DNA of 64,000 bases from an uncultured Halobacteriales archaeon (GCA_964639975.1 CAZXER010000003.1:5968-69967); one strand, 5' to 3'. Positions 1 to 9,461 are shown, counted from the stretch's first letter. The notes: generated by a model from the letters alone, not told the origin. Program-made: numbers and translations.

Positions 1-1053
1 GCGCAGGAGGGCCTCGAATACGTCTTCACGCGGTCGTCATCCGACGGTGAGCCCACATCGAGTAAGGGGGACACACTCATCCTCAACGCCACCGCGACGA
101 TGGGGATGGACGCGGCGCTTGCGAACCTCGTCTCGCCCGGAGACCACGTCGTCTCTGTCGTCAACGGGAAGTTCGGACGGCGGTTCGCCAGGATCGCCGA
201 GCGATACACGGACGACGTGACGCGGGTGTCCGCCGAGTGGGGCGCATCGATCGATCCTGCTGGGGTTGCAGACGCGATCGACGATCACACCGTCGCCGTG
301 ACGGCCGTACATACGGAGACATCGGCCGGACTTCGTAACCCGATCGGTGACATCGGAGCACTCGCCGCAGACCACGACGCTGCCTTCGTGGTCGATGGTG
401 TCTCCGGTATCGGCGGTGACGAGTTCCACATCGACGCCTGGAACGTCGACATCGCCATCACGGATGCGCAGAAGGCACTGGGGATCCCACCGGGTATTGC
501 CGGCATGTACGTCACCGACGGCATACAGCACCGCTTCGACGGCGAGGGAGCGCCGTTCTATGAGGATCTCGAGTGGCACCTCGACAAGGCCGCCGTCCAC
601 CAGACACCGTTCACGACGGCGATTCCCCAGGTTCGAGCCCTGGCGAAGGCGGCCGATCTGATCGAAGACGAAGGGATGGCGAACCGGATCGCCCGACACC
701 GTCGTCAATCTGGTGCCTACCGGGCGGCCTTCGAGGCGATGGGTCTCGAGCTCTTTCCGGACCCTGCGGGACCGACCGAGTATGCGACCACGATGACTGC
801 CGTTGAACTCCCACCGGCGGCTGCGGGGGAAGGCTACGACGCGTTCACACAGGCACTGACCGATCGAAACGCTTCCGTCGCCGGCGGCCAAGCCCATCTC
901 TCTGGACAGATCATCCGGGTTTCGAACATGGCGTGGTTCGACGACGAGACGGTCCTCGATGGCATCGACCGGATCGCCGGTGCGCTGGAGGATGTCGGCG
1001 CAGCTATCGACAGGGAGGCGGGCATGAACGCCGCCCAGCAGACGCTATCGTGA
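1..1053 (+). CDS. Class V PLP aminotransferase (serine-pyruvate/phosphoserine aminotransferase type), 5'-truncated by the window edge
   Basis: Frame 1 is open from nt 1 (AQEGLEYVFTRS...) into the 100..1053 ORF. Class V-like layout with the PLP-lysine context ITDAQKALG. Acidic composition. Confidence 0.8.
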   Translation, partial: AQEGLEYVFTRSSSDGEPTSSKGDTLILNATATMGMDAALANLVSPGDHVVSVVNGKFGRRFARIAERYTDDVTRVSAEWGASIDPAGVADAIDDHTVAVTAVHTETSAGLRNPIGDIGALAADHDAAFVVDGVSGIGGDEFHIDAWNVDIAITDAQKALGIPPGIAGMYVTDGIQHRFDGEGAPFYEDLEWHLDKAAVHQTPFTTAIPQVRALAKAADLIEDEGMANRIARHRRQSGAYRAAFEAMGLELFPDPAGPTEYATTMTAVELPPAAAGEGYDAFTQALTDRNASVAGGQAHLSGQIIRVSNMAWFDDETVLDGIDRIAGALEDVGAAIDREAGMNAAQQTLS

Positions 1054-1129
1054 CGGAGGCCCAGAAAGAGGTGGCAATACCGTCCGGTGAACCGGCCTTT
1101 ACATCACCATAAGCATAGGGTAAGGTGCT

Positions 1130-2485
1130 ATGGGGCGTGTCAAGTACACGTTGGCAGAGGAGGATGTACCGACCCAATGGTACAACGTCCTCGCCGATCT
1201 GCCCGGAGAACCGGCCCCACCGCTCCATCCTGAGACGCTCGAGCCGATGGATCCGAGCGAGCTGGAACCACTCTTCCCGAAAGCCTGCGTCGAGCAGGAA
1301 GTCAGTACCCAGCGGTGGATCGATATTCCCGAACCGGTCCGAGACGTGTACAAACACTGGCGCCCGACACCGATGTATCGCGCCAGGCGCCTGGAGGAGG
1401 CGCTTGACACCCCGGCCAAGCTCTTTTACAAGTACGAGGGAGTGAGCCCGGCCGGGAGCCACAAACCGAACACAGCGGTCGCACAAGCCTATTACAACCA
1501 GCAAGAGGGCACCAAGCGAATCACCACCGAGACCGGTGCCGGCCAGTGGGGGAGTGCGCTCGCGTACGCCACCACCACCTTCGACCTCGATTCGACGGTG
1601 TACATGGTCAAGGTGAGTTACGATGACAAGGCCGACCGCATTCCGATGATGCGGACCTGGGGGGCCGATGTCCTGGCGAGCCCCTCCGATACGACCGAGG
1701 CTGGCCGGGCCGTCCTCGAGGACGATCCCGACAGTCCCGGCAGCCTCGGTATCGCCATATCGGAGGCGATCGAGGACGCGGCAACGGATCCCGAGGCCAA
1801 ATATTCGCTGGGGAGTGTCCTCAATCACGTGCTGTTGCACCAGACGGTCATCGGCCAGGAGGCAAAGCAACAGTTCGAGCAGGCTGGCGTCGAGCCGGAC
1901 GTACTCATCGGCGTGACCGGCGGGGGCTCGAGCTTCGGTGGCTTCTCGCTACCGTTCGTGAAGGACGTGCTCAACGGCGAGCGTGACCTCGAGTTCCGCG
2001 CCGTCGAACCGACGGCCTGTCCGACCCTGACCAAGGGCGAGTACCGCTATGACTTCGGCGACAGCGCGAAGCAGACGCCGCTGATGAAGATGTACACCCT
2101 TGGCCACTCGTTCGTCCCGCCGCCAATGCACGCCGGCGGCCTCCGGTACCACGGCATGTCACCGATCCTCTCGGCGCTCGTCGACGAGGGGATCATGGAC
2201 GCGGTCTCCGTCTCGCAACTGGACATGTTCGAGGCCGCCGTCCAGTTCTCCGCCCACGAGGGGCTCATCCCCGGACCGGAGCCCGGTCACGCCATCTGGG
2301 AGGCGATCGAGGAGGCCAAGCGGTGCCGTGAGACGGGCGAGGAGAAGGTCATCGCCTTCCTCCACTGTGGTCACGGCCACTACGACATGGGCGCGTACCA
2401 GCAGTACTTCGATGGTGAGCTCGATCACGTCGAGTACGCCGAGGAGGCGGTCGACGAAGCCATGGAGGAGTTACCAGAGGTATAG
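1130..2485 (+). CDS. trpB2: TrpB-like PLP enzyme, tryptophan synthase beta type 2 (TrpB2)
   Basis: 451 aa. N-terminus [25 protein letters not shown] and [24 protein letters not shown] (PLP-Lys motif) are typical of the long TrpB2 subfamily. Confidence 0.85.
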   Translation: MGRVKYTLAEEDVPTQWYNVLADLPGEPAPPLHPETLEPMDPSELEPLFPKACVEQEVSTQRWIDIPEPVRDVYKHWRPTPMYRARRLEEALDTPAKLFYKYEGVSPAGSHKPNTAVAQAYYNQQEGTKRITTETGAGQWGSALAYATTTFDLDSTVYMVKVSYDDKADRIPMMRTWGADVLASPSDTTEAGRAVLEDDPDSPGSLGIAISEAIEDAATDPEAKYSLGSVLNHVLLHQTVIGQEAKQQFEQAGVEPDVLIGVTGGGSSFGGFSLPFVKDVLNGERDLEFRAVEPTACPTLTKGEYRYDFGDSAKQTPLMKMYTLGHSFVPPPMHAGGLRYHGMSPILSALVDEGIMDAVSVSQLDMFEAAVQFSAHEGLIPGPEPGHAIWEAIEEAKRCRETGEEKVIAFLHCGHGHYDMGAYQQYFDGELDHVEYAEEAVDEAMEELPEV

Positions 2486-2531
2486 GCCCAACGAGCAAGC
2501 TATTTCCCCGCGGGCTGGGAGTCACTCTCTC

Positions 2532-3476
2532 ATGCGCGTGGTGGTGTGTGATCCCATTCACGAGGTCGGCCTCGATGCGCTTCGCAACGTGGGTATGGAC
2601 CTCGAACTGGCGAGTGAGTACGACGAGACCGACCTCGATGCAGCGATCGCGCGAGCCGAGGCACTGATCGTCAGGTCCGGGACGACCGTGACGGCAGCAC
2701 GGATCGAGGCTGCAGACGAGTTGCAGGTGATCGCGCGTGCGGGCATCGGCGTCGATAACATCGACCTCGAGGCCGCGAGCGACGCGGGCGTACAGGTCGT
2801 TAACGCGCCGACGGGGGGTGTCGGGGCTGTGACCGAACACACGATCGCGCTGGCGTATGCCCTCGTGCGAGAGCTCGCCTGGACCGATCGTCAGACAAGA
2901 GACGGCGAGTGGCCGAAAGGTGAGTACGACGGGGGTGAGCTCAGGGGATCGACCCTCGGGATCATCGGGCTTGGCAACATCGGGCAGTCGGTGGCCAAAC
3001 GAGCCGCTCAGCTCGGTCTCGATATCGTGGGATACGATCCGTACGTGAGCGACGAGGTCGTCGAGGAGCTCGAGATAGCACATTGCGACTTCGAGACCTG
3101 CTTCGAACGGGCTGATATCGTCACGGTCCACACCCCGCTGACCCCCGAAACCGAGGGGCTCGTGGATGCGACGGCCCTCGACCACCTCGGAAACGGCTAC
3201 CTGATCAACTGTGCACGAGGTGGGGTCGTCGACGAGGACGCCCTAGTCGAATCACTGGAAAGCGGCCAGATCGCCGGTGCTGCCGTCGATGTCTACGAGG
3301 AGGAACCGATCGATGAGGATCACCCGCTGGCTGCCTGTGAGCGCACGTTACTGACCCCACACATCGCTGGAACCTCGGATCGAGCCCAGCGAACGATCGC
3401 CACGTCCGTCGCTGAGCAGATCATCGCCGTCTCACGTGGGAGTGCGGTCGAGCATCCAGTGAACGAGCCAGCCTGA
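2532..3476 (+). CDS. D-isomer-specific 2-hydroxyacid dehydrogenase, D-3-phosphoglycerate dehydrogenase-like (SerA-like, no ACT domain)
   Basis: Start moved to ATG 2532 (MRVVVCDPIHEVGLDAL). NAD motif GIIGLGNIGQSVA. The catalytic region ARGG...D...TPHIAG is typical of the family. The upstream part of ORF 2100..3476 overlaps trpB2 and is Arg/Ser-rich junk. Confidence 0.8.
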   Translation: MRVVVCDPIHEVGLDALRNVGMDLELASEYDETDLDAAIARAEALIVRSGTTVTAARIEAADELQVIARAGIGVDNIDLEAASDAGVQVVNAPTGGVGAVTEHTIALAYALVRELAWTDRQTRDGEWPKGEYDGGELRGSTLGIIGLGNIGQSVAKRAAQLGLDIVGYDPYVSDEVVEELEIAHCDFETCFERADIVTVHTPLTPETEGLVDATALDHLGNGYLINCARGGVVDEDALVESLESGQIAGAAVDVYEEEPIDEDHPLAACERTLLTPHIAGTSDRAQRTIATSVAEQIIAVSRGSAVEHPVNEPA

Positions 3477-3492
3477 CCGATCGTCGAGCCAC

Positions 3493-4140
3493 TTAGGCCG
3501 TCTCAGCATTCCTGGCGGCTGTCCCCATGATGTAGGCCAACGCGATGTAGCCATAGAAGGAGATGAACGGCAGCGCCAGGAGACCGATGATCGTGATCGA
3601 GACGAGGGCAGCGACGATCCCGATGATGATGACGGTGACGAACGCGAGGATGATCCCCGTGAGGTACTCCATGGTGAACGCGATAGAAACGATCGTCCGA
3701 AAGTCGAAGGCGGCGCCAGCGCGATTCGTCCGAGCGTAGTTGACGAACGCGGCCGGCAGGATATACGCCACGAGAATCCCCAGGATGAACGTCCCGAGGA
3801 ACCAGAGCAACCCGCCTCCGGCGATGAATACGGCGGGATCATCCTGGAGTGCTCCGAACCCGATGAACGGGATCATGACCATGGTGAAGAGGAAGATCGG
3901 GATGGCATAGGCGATGCTGATCAACCAGGCGATCAGGCCACGGACCAACAGCGACCCCCAGTCCTCGAACTCAGGTGGCTCCTCGACCTCGTTGTAACTC
4001 GATTCGAGGACATTCAACAGATAGCCATAGAGGATGAACAGCGGGAGAATGAGGAAGCTGAATATCGAGAGTAAGCCGCCGATGAGTATGCGCGAAATCC
4101 AATCTCCACGTTTCGGGTAGGTGAGTCCCTCTTCTAGCAT
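3493..4140 (-). CDS. Polytopic membrane protein, DUF4013-like
   Basis: 215 aa with about 6 hydrophobic helices. N-terminus MLEEGLTYPKRGDWISRILIGGLL and the EPPEFEDW loop resemble the haloarchaeal DUF4013 family (from memory). Confidence 0.65.
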   Translation of the reverse strand: MLEEGLTYPKRGDWISRILIGGLLSIFSFLILPLFILYGYLLNVLESSYNEVEEPPEFEDWGSLLVRGLIAWLISIAYAIPIFLFTMVMIPFIGFGALQDDPAVFIAGGGLLWFLGTFILGILVAYILPAAFVNYARTNRAGAAFDFRTIVSIAFTMEYLTGIILAFVTVIIIGIVAALVSITIIGLLALPFISFYGYIALAYIMGTAARNAETA

Positions 4141-4265
4141 ATCAATCAGGAATCGTGGGAGACGGATAAACTTGTAGGATGGATTTCAAGTTTAACAGCA
4201 AACTGCCCGAGATGGGTAGTGAGTAATGCAGCCGGGAGGGCCACCGTCCACCCGGGTACAGACGA

Positions 4266-5033
4266 TCACCGTAGCCGGGTCTGGCGCCCTTCGATCGCTG
4301 TCTCGAATACCTCGACGTGGAGTCTGTCGACGACGGTATCCGCGAGCTGGGCTAGATTCACCGTATCATCCCGATTGTACTCGATCAGCGTCTCTAGCGC
4401 GTCATCATCGCCTCGCTCATAGGCGTGCCACAGTCGAACGGCGTCCAGACCCGAAATGTCGTCACGATCACGATCGACGCCGATGGTCTGCTCGATCGCC
4501 TTCAGACCGCCATCGAGGCCGATCCGACGACAGGGATACATGAGATCGAGGTGGGGCAGATCGATCGAGAGATCGAATGCCGACTCGAGGAATGGAACGT
4601 CAAAGCGCTTGCCGTTGAACGTCACCAGCATCGACGCAGACTCGAGCTCCGCCCGCAACCGATCTCGTGTGAGGTCATCACCGTTGACCAACGTCGTCGT
4701 CTCATCTCCACGATGGGTCGAGACGACCGTCACCTCGTGTGCCCGCTGATCGAGCCCGGTCGTCTCGATGTCGAGAAAACAGGCATCTGATTGGAACGTC
4801 TCGTACAACCGCCAGTGGCAACGATCGGGGAAGGTCTTGGCAAAGAACGAGACGTCATCGGCCGCGAGGTGATCTCTTGCGGTGTCGATGTACTCGGCCA
4901 CGCGCTGTCCTCGTTTCGGTCCTAACAAGGCGGGGTCGAACGCATCCCAGTCGGTTACCCCACGGGTCCAGAGACGCCGTTCGGTCGTCTCACCGACACC
5001 ACGAGCTGGGATGAAACTGTTCTCGACGCGCAC
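4266..5033 (-). CDS. RNase H-like (YprB/PolB-exonuclease-like) 3'-5' exonuclease domain protein
   Basis: FLDIETTGL (Exo I-like), LVTFNGKRFDVPFL and YNRDD motifs. Probable GTG start at 5033 (MRVENSFIPARGVGETTERRLW); the track start at 5036 is TTG. Confidence 0.7.
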   Translation of the reverse strand: MRVENSFIPARGVGETTERRLWTRGVTDWDAFDPALLGPKRGQRVAEYIDTARDHLAADDVSFFAKTFPDRCHWRLYETFQSDACFLDIETTGLDQRAHEVTVVSTHRGDETTTLVNGDDLTRDRLRAELESASMLVTFNGKRFDVPFLESAFDLSIDLPHLDLMYPCRRIGLDGGLKAIEQTIGVDRDRDDISGLDAVRLWHAYERGDDDALETLIEYNRDDTVNLAQLADTVVDRLHVEVFETAIEGRQTRLR

Positions 5034-5270
5034 CAACTGTTCCCCCGCGGGGCTCGTAGAAAAGCTTGCTTCTTAGCAGTCGAGTTGCCATGGTACCCCG
5101 ATGCCATCAGGCCGGGCACTTGGGGTTTCAATCGATAACCGGCCCCGTCAACCTGAGAGTTCAGCGGATGAGACCACCTCGTTGTGCCCGGTACCGCGAT
5201 CATCGACATCATCGAGATCAGAGACTGAACCGACACGATCGAGGGATCAGCAACTGGAATCGAGCTCGGT

Positions 5271-6659
5271 TCAGGAATCGACGGCCGCCTCCCGCTCGTC
5301 GATGAGATCGGCCGCCTTCTCGGCCCAGGATCCACGGAAGAACCCGATCGTGACCACGACCGTCCAACAGAGGTAATTCAGGATAATCCCCGCATAGATC
5401 GCGGGAAGGCCGACCTCGAAGACGACCCCGAGCACGTACGAAAACCCGAGCAGGAACACGAAGTTGCCGATCAGCCGACCGATAAACGGCGTGAAGGTGT
5501 CACCGGCACCTCGCAAGGTCCCGGCGATCGGTGAAAACACGGCGAATATGACGATCGCACCGGCGAACACCTGCGTGAAGACCACGGCGTACTCGAGAGT
5601 CACCGCATCACCGGTGAATACGCCAGCTATTACCTCTGCAGCGAGGAAGAGGCTCAAGCTCGCAGCGCCGAGGGTCAACAGGCTGAATGCGGTGATGGCA
5701 AGCCCGGCGAATCGCGCCTCGTCTGGCTTTCCCTCACCGAGGGTTTGGCCGACGATGATCGAGGTCGCCACGCTGTAGGACCGGTACAACGGTCCACCGA
5801 TTTGCTGATAGATCCGTCGCCCGATGTGGAAGGCTGCATTGGCCTCGGTGCCAAAGAGCAGGATGATCGCGTTCAACGGGAACTGGGCGATGGATGAGGT
5901 CATCCCTTCCGCGAAGTTCGGGACGCTGATCCAGATGAGCTGCTTGGTGATGGTCAGCCCCTGTGGCCGCGCCAGGCCCAACCCGGTTCGATTGCTCGCG
6001 ATGGCCCCCGTCATCACGGTCGCCTCGATGGTCCGACTCACCGCGGTAGCGATACCGACACCGATGATCTCCAGGCGTGGTAACCCGAACAGGCCCAAGC
6101 CGAGGGAGACGGTCAGCGCGATGTTGATGACGTTCGTCCCCGCGTTGATGACCATCGGTGTGAAGGTATCACCGGTGCCCTGCAACGACCTCGCACCGAT
6201 CAACGCGACGATACGCATGGGAGCGGCGGCGAAGATGATCGCCAGGTAGGCTCCACCGAGGCCGACGACCGTCGCTTCAGCGCCGAGAACGCCGATGAGA
6301 AACGGCGACAGGACGTACCCGATTCCGACCAGCGGCAACCCCACGAGGAACCCGATCACCAGCGCCTGGGTGATCGCTCGGTCGCGAGACAGGGTGGCAT
6401 CCCGCCCGGTATCCTGACTCGAGAGGGCGATCGCACCAGTGCCGAGACTCAGACCGACCCGCAGCGGGAACTGTGCATAGAGATCGGCCAATCCGACCGC
6501 CGCCACCGCAGCTGGTGAGAATAACCCGGTGACGATGATGTCGACCGTCCGCATGAGGGTGTTGAGGATCTGCTGGACGGCGATGGGCCACGACAGCGAC
6601 AGCGTCCGCTTCCACACGGCCCACACGCGACCTCGCAACCCGGCCATAGCTTGAGACAA
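5271..6659 (-). CDS. MATE family efflux transporter
   Basis: 462 aa with about 12 TM helices. The two-fold repeat and the N-terminal WKRTLSLSWPIAVQQILNTLMRTVDIIV are typical of MATE/NorM. Confidence 0.85.
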   Translation of the reverse strand: MSQAMAGLRGRVWAVWKRTLSLSWPIAVQQILNTLMRTVDIIVTGLFSPAAVAAVGLADLYAQFPLRVGLSLGTGAIALSSQDTGRDATLSRDRAITQALVIGFLVGLPLVGIGYVLSPFLIGVLGAEATVVGLGGAYLAIIFAAAPMRIVALIGARSLQGTGDTFTPMVINAGTNVINIALTVSLGLGLFGLPRLEIIGVGIATAVSRTIEATVMTGAIASNRTGLGLARPQGLTITKQLIWISVPNFAEGMTSSIAQFPLNAIILLFGTEANAAFHIGRRIYQQIGGPLYRSYSVATSIIVGQTLGEGKPDEARFAGLAITAFSLLTLGAASLSLFLAAEVIAGVFTGDAVTLEYAVVFTQVFAGAIVIFAVFSPIAGTLRGAGDTFTPFIGRLIGNFVFLLGFSYVLGVVFEVGLPAIYAGIILNYLCWTVVVTIGFFRGSWAEKAADLIDEREAAVDS

Positions 6660-6729
6660 TCAGGTCCAACCCATCACGGTAACGATAGCGGCGAGATTAG
6701 CGAGACGCCGTGACGGAGCGTCGAATCGT

Positions 6730-7710
6730 CTACTCGTGGCCGACGATCGGTTTGGGTTCGTACGGTTCCGCCAGGTACTCGACATCGCTCGAGGAGAGCG
6801 ACAAGTCAACCGCCTCCACCGCCTCCTCTAGGTGCTCAATCGACCGCATGCCCACGATGGGAGCGTCCACCCAGTCCTGATGCAGCAACCAGGCGATGGC
6901 GATCTGCGCCATCGAAGCATCATACTCAGCGGCGAGCTCCTGAACTCGCTCGTTGATCTCCTCTCCACCACCTGATCGGTACAGAGGCAGTCGCTCAGAT
7001 TCGCTGAGTCGTTCGCCCCTCGCGGTCGCATCGAGTTCCTCGATCGGTCGGGCCAGGAATCCTCGGGCAAGCGGGCTCCACGGGAGTACGCCGACACCCG
7101 CCCGCGTGCAGTAGGGCAACATCTCCCGCTCTTCCTCGCGGTAGACGAGGTTGTAGTGATCTTGCATCGTGATGAACCGGTCGAGGCCGAGTCGTTCGCT
7201 AACGTGGTGAGCGCTGGCGAATTGATGGGCGAACATCGACGAGGCTCCGATGTAACGAACCTGGTTGCGACGGACGAGGTCATCGAGCGTCCGGAGCGTC
7301 TCCGCTATGGGCGTATCGTAGTCCCACCGGTGAATCTGATAGAGATCGATGGTCTCCATGCCCAGGCGATCGAGCGAGCCCTCGACGGCCTGTTCGATGG
7401 CCTTGCGAGAAAGTCCCTGCGCGTGGGGATTGTCAGGATCCATCTCGAAGTATACCTTGCTCGCGACGACGGGGAAGTCACGGTCGTGTCCAGCCAGTGC
7501 CGTGCCGAGAATCTCCTCGCTCTCACCGTTCGCGTAGATGTTCGCGGTATCGAATAGATTGACACCGAGATCTATCGCCCGATCGACCAGCGTTGCCGCC
7601 GCGTCCTCGTCGATCTTCGTCGGATCATCGCGGCCGAATCGCCCACAACCGATGCCGATGCGGCTGACTTCGAGCCCGGAATCTCCGAGAGTCGTGTACT
7701 CCATGTGCAT
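6730..7710 (-). CDS. Aldo/keto reductase
   Basis: 326 aa. LGDSGLEVSRIGIGCG, FDTANIYANGESEEILG and YQIHRWD match AKR family signatures. Confidence 0.9.
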   Translation of the reverse strand: MHMEYTTLGDSGLEVSRIGIGCGRFGRDDPTKIDEDAAATLVDRAIDLGVNLFDTANIYANGESEEILGTALAGHDRDFPVVASKVYFEMDPDNPHAQGLSRKAIEQAVEGSLDRLGMETIDLYQIHRWDYDTPIAETLRTLDDLVRRNQVRYIGASSMFAHQFASAHHVSERLGLDRFITMQDHYNLVYREEEREMLPYCTRAGVGVLPWSPLARGFLARPIEELDATARGERLSESERLPLYRSGGGEEINERVQELAAEYDASMAQIAIAWLLHQDWVDAPIVGMRSIEHLEEAVEAVDLSLSSSDVEYLAEPYEPKPIVGHE

Positions 7711-7811
7711 CGTTCGTCTGCGGAGGGAATAAGGCTGGACATCTACCGCAGGTGCGCACGCGTGGTAGCAAATCCGTGGACGTTATTTCGGTGCCGACCA
7801 ACACGTAAGCC

Positions 7812-7970
7812 ATGCCAGCGACCCTCGAGATCGTCTGCTCAGACGACGAGTGCGAACTCGATATGTTCGAACTCCATTACACCTACGACATGCCTGACGA
7901 TGTCGGCGTCGAAGACTTCCACTGTCCCTACTGCGGTGGCGTCGACTGCCTCGAGGAGGTCGTGCTGTAA
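7812..7970 (+). CDS. Small (52 aa) acidic zinc-ribbon-like protein, absent from the ORF track
   Basis: Hand translation from ATG 7812: MPATLEIVCSDDECELDMFELHYTYDMPDDVGVEDFHCPYCGGVDCLEEVVL, stop 7968-7970. Cys pairs C-x4-C and C-x2-C, acidic composition, and it exactly fills the gap between flanking genes. Confidence 0.55.
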   Translation: MPATLEIVCSDDECELDMFELHYTYDMPDDVGVEDFHCPYCGGVDCLEEVVL

Positions 7971-7976
7971 CTCGCC

Positions 7977-8492
7977 TCACAGCGACGCAAGCGCAGACTC
8001 GATTTCGTCGTAATCGGGGAACTGCGGCCACTCGCTGGCCGCCCAGCTGTATTGAACCGATCTGTCCTCGTCGATGACGAATGCAGCCGGTCGTGGTTCG
8101 GCGATCGAGGCCATCCCATCGAGGTCGTGGACGACATCGTAGCGCTCGGCGACCCCGTTCGTCGGATCGCTGAACAACCGACCATCGATGTCTCGCTCGT
8201 TGATGAACCGACTGCAATCATAGGGGGTTGAGATCACGATACCGACCGCGGCGATATCGTACGCCGATACCCAGTCTCGATCTGTGACGGTCTGCCAGAT
8301 GTACGTCGCCGGGAAGGATCCAAGCATCGGGTGGAACAAGAGCAACACGGGTCGTTCAGTTACGAGTTCTGAAAGGGTCTCATCGCGCCAAGACGCTGCG
8401 GAGACTAGTGGACGAGTGAAATCGGGGGCAGCGTCATCGACCACCGGGGGCGAGCAAGCGGGTAGTTCGACCACGTCGAATCCCAGATCCAT
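7977..8492 (-). CDS. Redoxin/peroxiredoxin-fold protein lacking the canonical peroxidatic Cys
   Basis: 171 aa. AhpC/TSA-like layout (APDFTRPL...PVLLLFHPMLGSFPATYIW), but the position of the usual ..FxCPTE.. Cys reads FPATY. Confidence 0.6.
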   Translation of the reverse strand: MDLGFDVVELPACSPPVVDDAAPDFTRPLVSAASWRDETLSELVTERPVLLLFHPMLGSFPATYIWQTVTDRDWVSAYDIAAVGIVISTPYDCSRFINERDIDGRLFSDPTNGVAERYDVVHDLDGMASIAEPRPAAFVIDEDRSVQYSWAASEWPQFPDYDEIESALASL

Positions 8493-8497
8493 GGGAC

Positions 8498-8761
8498 TCA
8501 GCTCCCGTAGGTCGTCTCGAGGTACTCGATGATGTTCGCGCTCTCGGTCATGGTGACGCCAGTCGACGGGTCCTCGATGACCGGTACAGATCGGCTCCCC
8601 GAGACGCGCTTGACCTCGTCTCGTTTGGAGTGCAGTGCCTCGACGAACACCGACTCGTACGGTACGTCCAGGTCGTCAAGCGTCGTGACTACCCGTTCAC
8701 AGAAGGGACACCCCTGCAGGCGATACACCGTGAGCGTTGAATCTGCGTCGCCGTCTGCCAT
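8498..8761 (-). CDS. Glutaredoxin-like protein
   Basis: 87 aa. CPFC active site (YRLQGCPFCERV) and a thioredoxin-fold C-terminal part (VPVIEDPSTG). Confidence 0.8.
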   Translation of the reverse strand: MADGDADSTLTVYRLQGCPFCERVVTTLDDLDVPYESVFVEALHSKRDEVKRVSGSRSVPVIEDPSTGVTMTESANIIEYLETTYGS

Positions 8762-8804
8762 TGCCCGTTATACGGGTTCGATGGCTGAAAGCCCTTCGAG
8801 AGTC

Positions 8805-9461
8805 TCAACCGTCTCGACGCAGCCGAGCGACACGGTCGCCCAGCGGTGGTTGGACCTCGAGATACGACCGCCATCCCCCCGGTGACAGGTCCACGTCGTG
8901 GAGTTCGGCGATGGTCTCGTACGCATCAGCAAGCGTAGCTGCCCCCACTCTCGAGGCAGCGTTCGAATCTGCCCGAAACTGGAGCCACCGACCGATCGCC
9001 AGCATGAGTGCGCTGACCACGAGCAAACCGCCGAAGCCGAGCTCGAAGGGGATCACCCCCAACAATGCGGCCAAGCCGAGGGCGATAGCAACGGTTGCCG
9101 CGACGACCTGATACTCCCGGTAGTACAGTCGAGATCTGGCGATTTCGCCCGCAAGGAGCGCCTTGGTGACGGTCGGCTCCAGTTCCTCGAGGACGAAATC
9201 TGAGATGAACAGCACCCGGTACCCGGGAGGACCACGGATGGAAACCTCGACGGAGGCATCTCCAACTGTCTCGATAATCACCGTTCTAGCTGGATCGATG
9301 GAGATTGGTGGCCGCCTCGATTCGAGGAGTTCATCGTCCGTCAGGGTAGGTTCACGCCAGGTACGCAAGCGAAGTTGTGCCAGCATCGGACCGACGAGAC
9401 CGAGAATGAGAAACACGAGCGAGACGACAACCACCGCAGAGACGGCAATCACCATGTTCAC
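8805..9461 (-). CDS. Membrane protein, M48 (HtpX)-like fold without an HExxH motif
   Basis: 218 aa. One N-terminal TM plus two central TM helices. The C-terminus LEVQPPLGDRVARLR resembles the M48 'HPP..RI..L' tail, but the HExxH position reads LAGEIARS. Confidence 0.5.
   Translation of the reverse strand: MNMVIAVSAVVVVSLVFLILGLVGPMLAQLRLRTWREPTLTDDELLESRRPPISIDPARTVIIETVGDASVEVSIRGPPGYRVLFISDFVLEELEPTVTKALLAGEIARSRLYYREYQVVAATVAIALGLAALLGVIPFELGFGGLLVVSALMLAIGRWLQFRADSNAASRVGAATLADAYETIAELHDVDLSPGGWRSYLEVQPPLGDRVARLRRDG

Noticed and set aside
1004-3185. Reverse-strand ORFs 1004..1870 (288 aa) and 2349..3185 (278 aa), plus the 2100..2531 N-terminal extension of the dehydrogenase ORF
   Set aside because: All are antisense to, or out of frame with, the clearly identifiable trpB2 and SerA-like genes. 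Their compositions are Arg/Pro/Ser-rich.
5037-5270. Possible archaeal C/D-box sRNA in the MATE/exonuclease spacer (reverse strand ATGATGT ... CTGA ... CTGA)
   Set aside because: The C-box match is imperfect. The box spacing (~41 nt to the first CTGA) does not fit the compact C-D'-C'-D layout of archaeal sRNAs, and there is no terminal kink-turn pairing.
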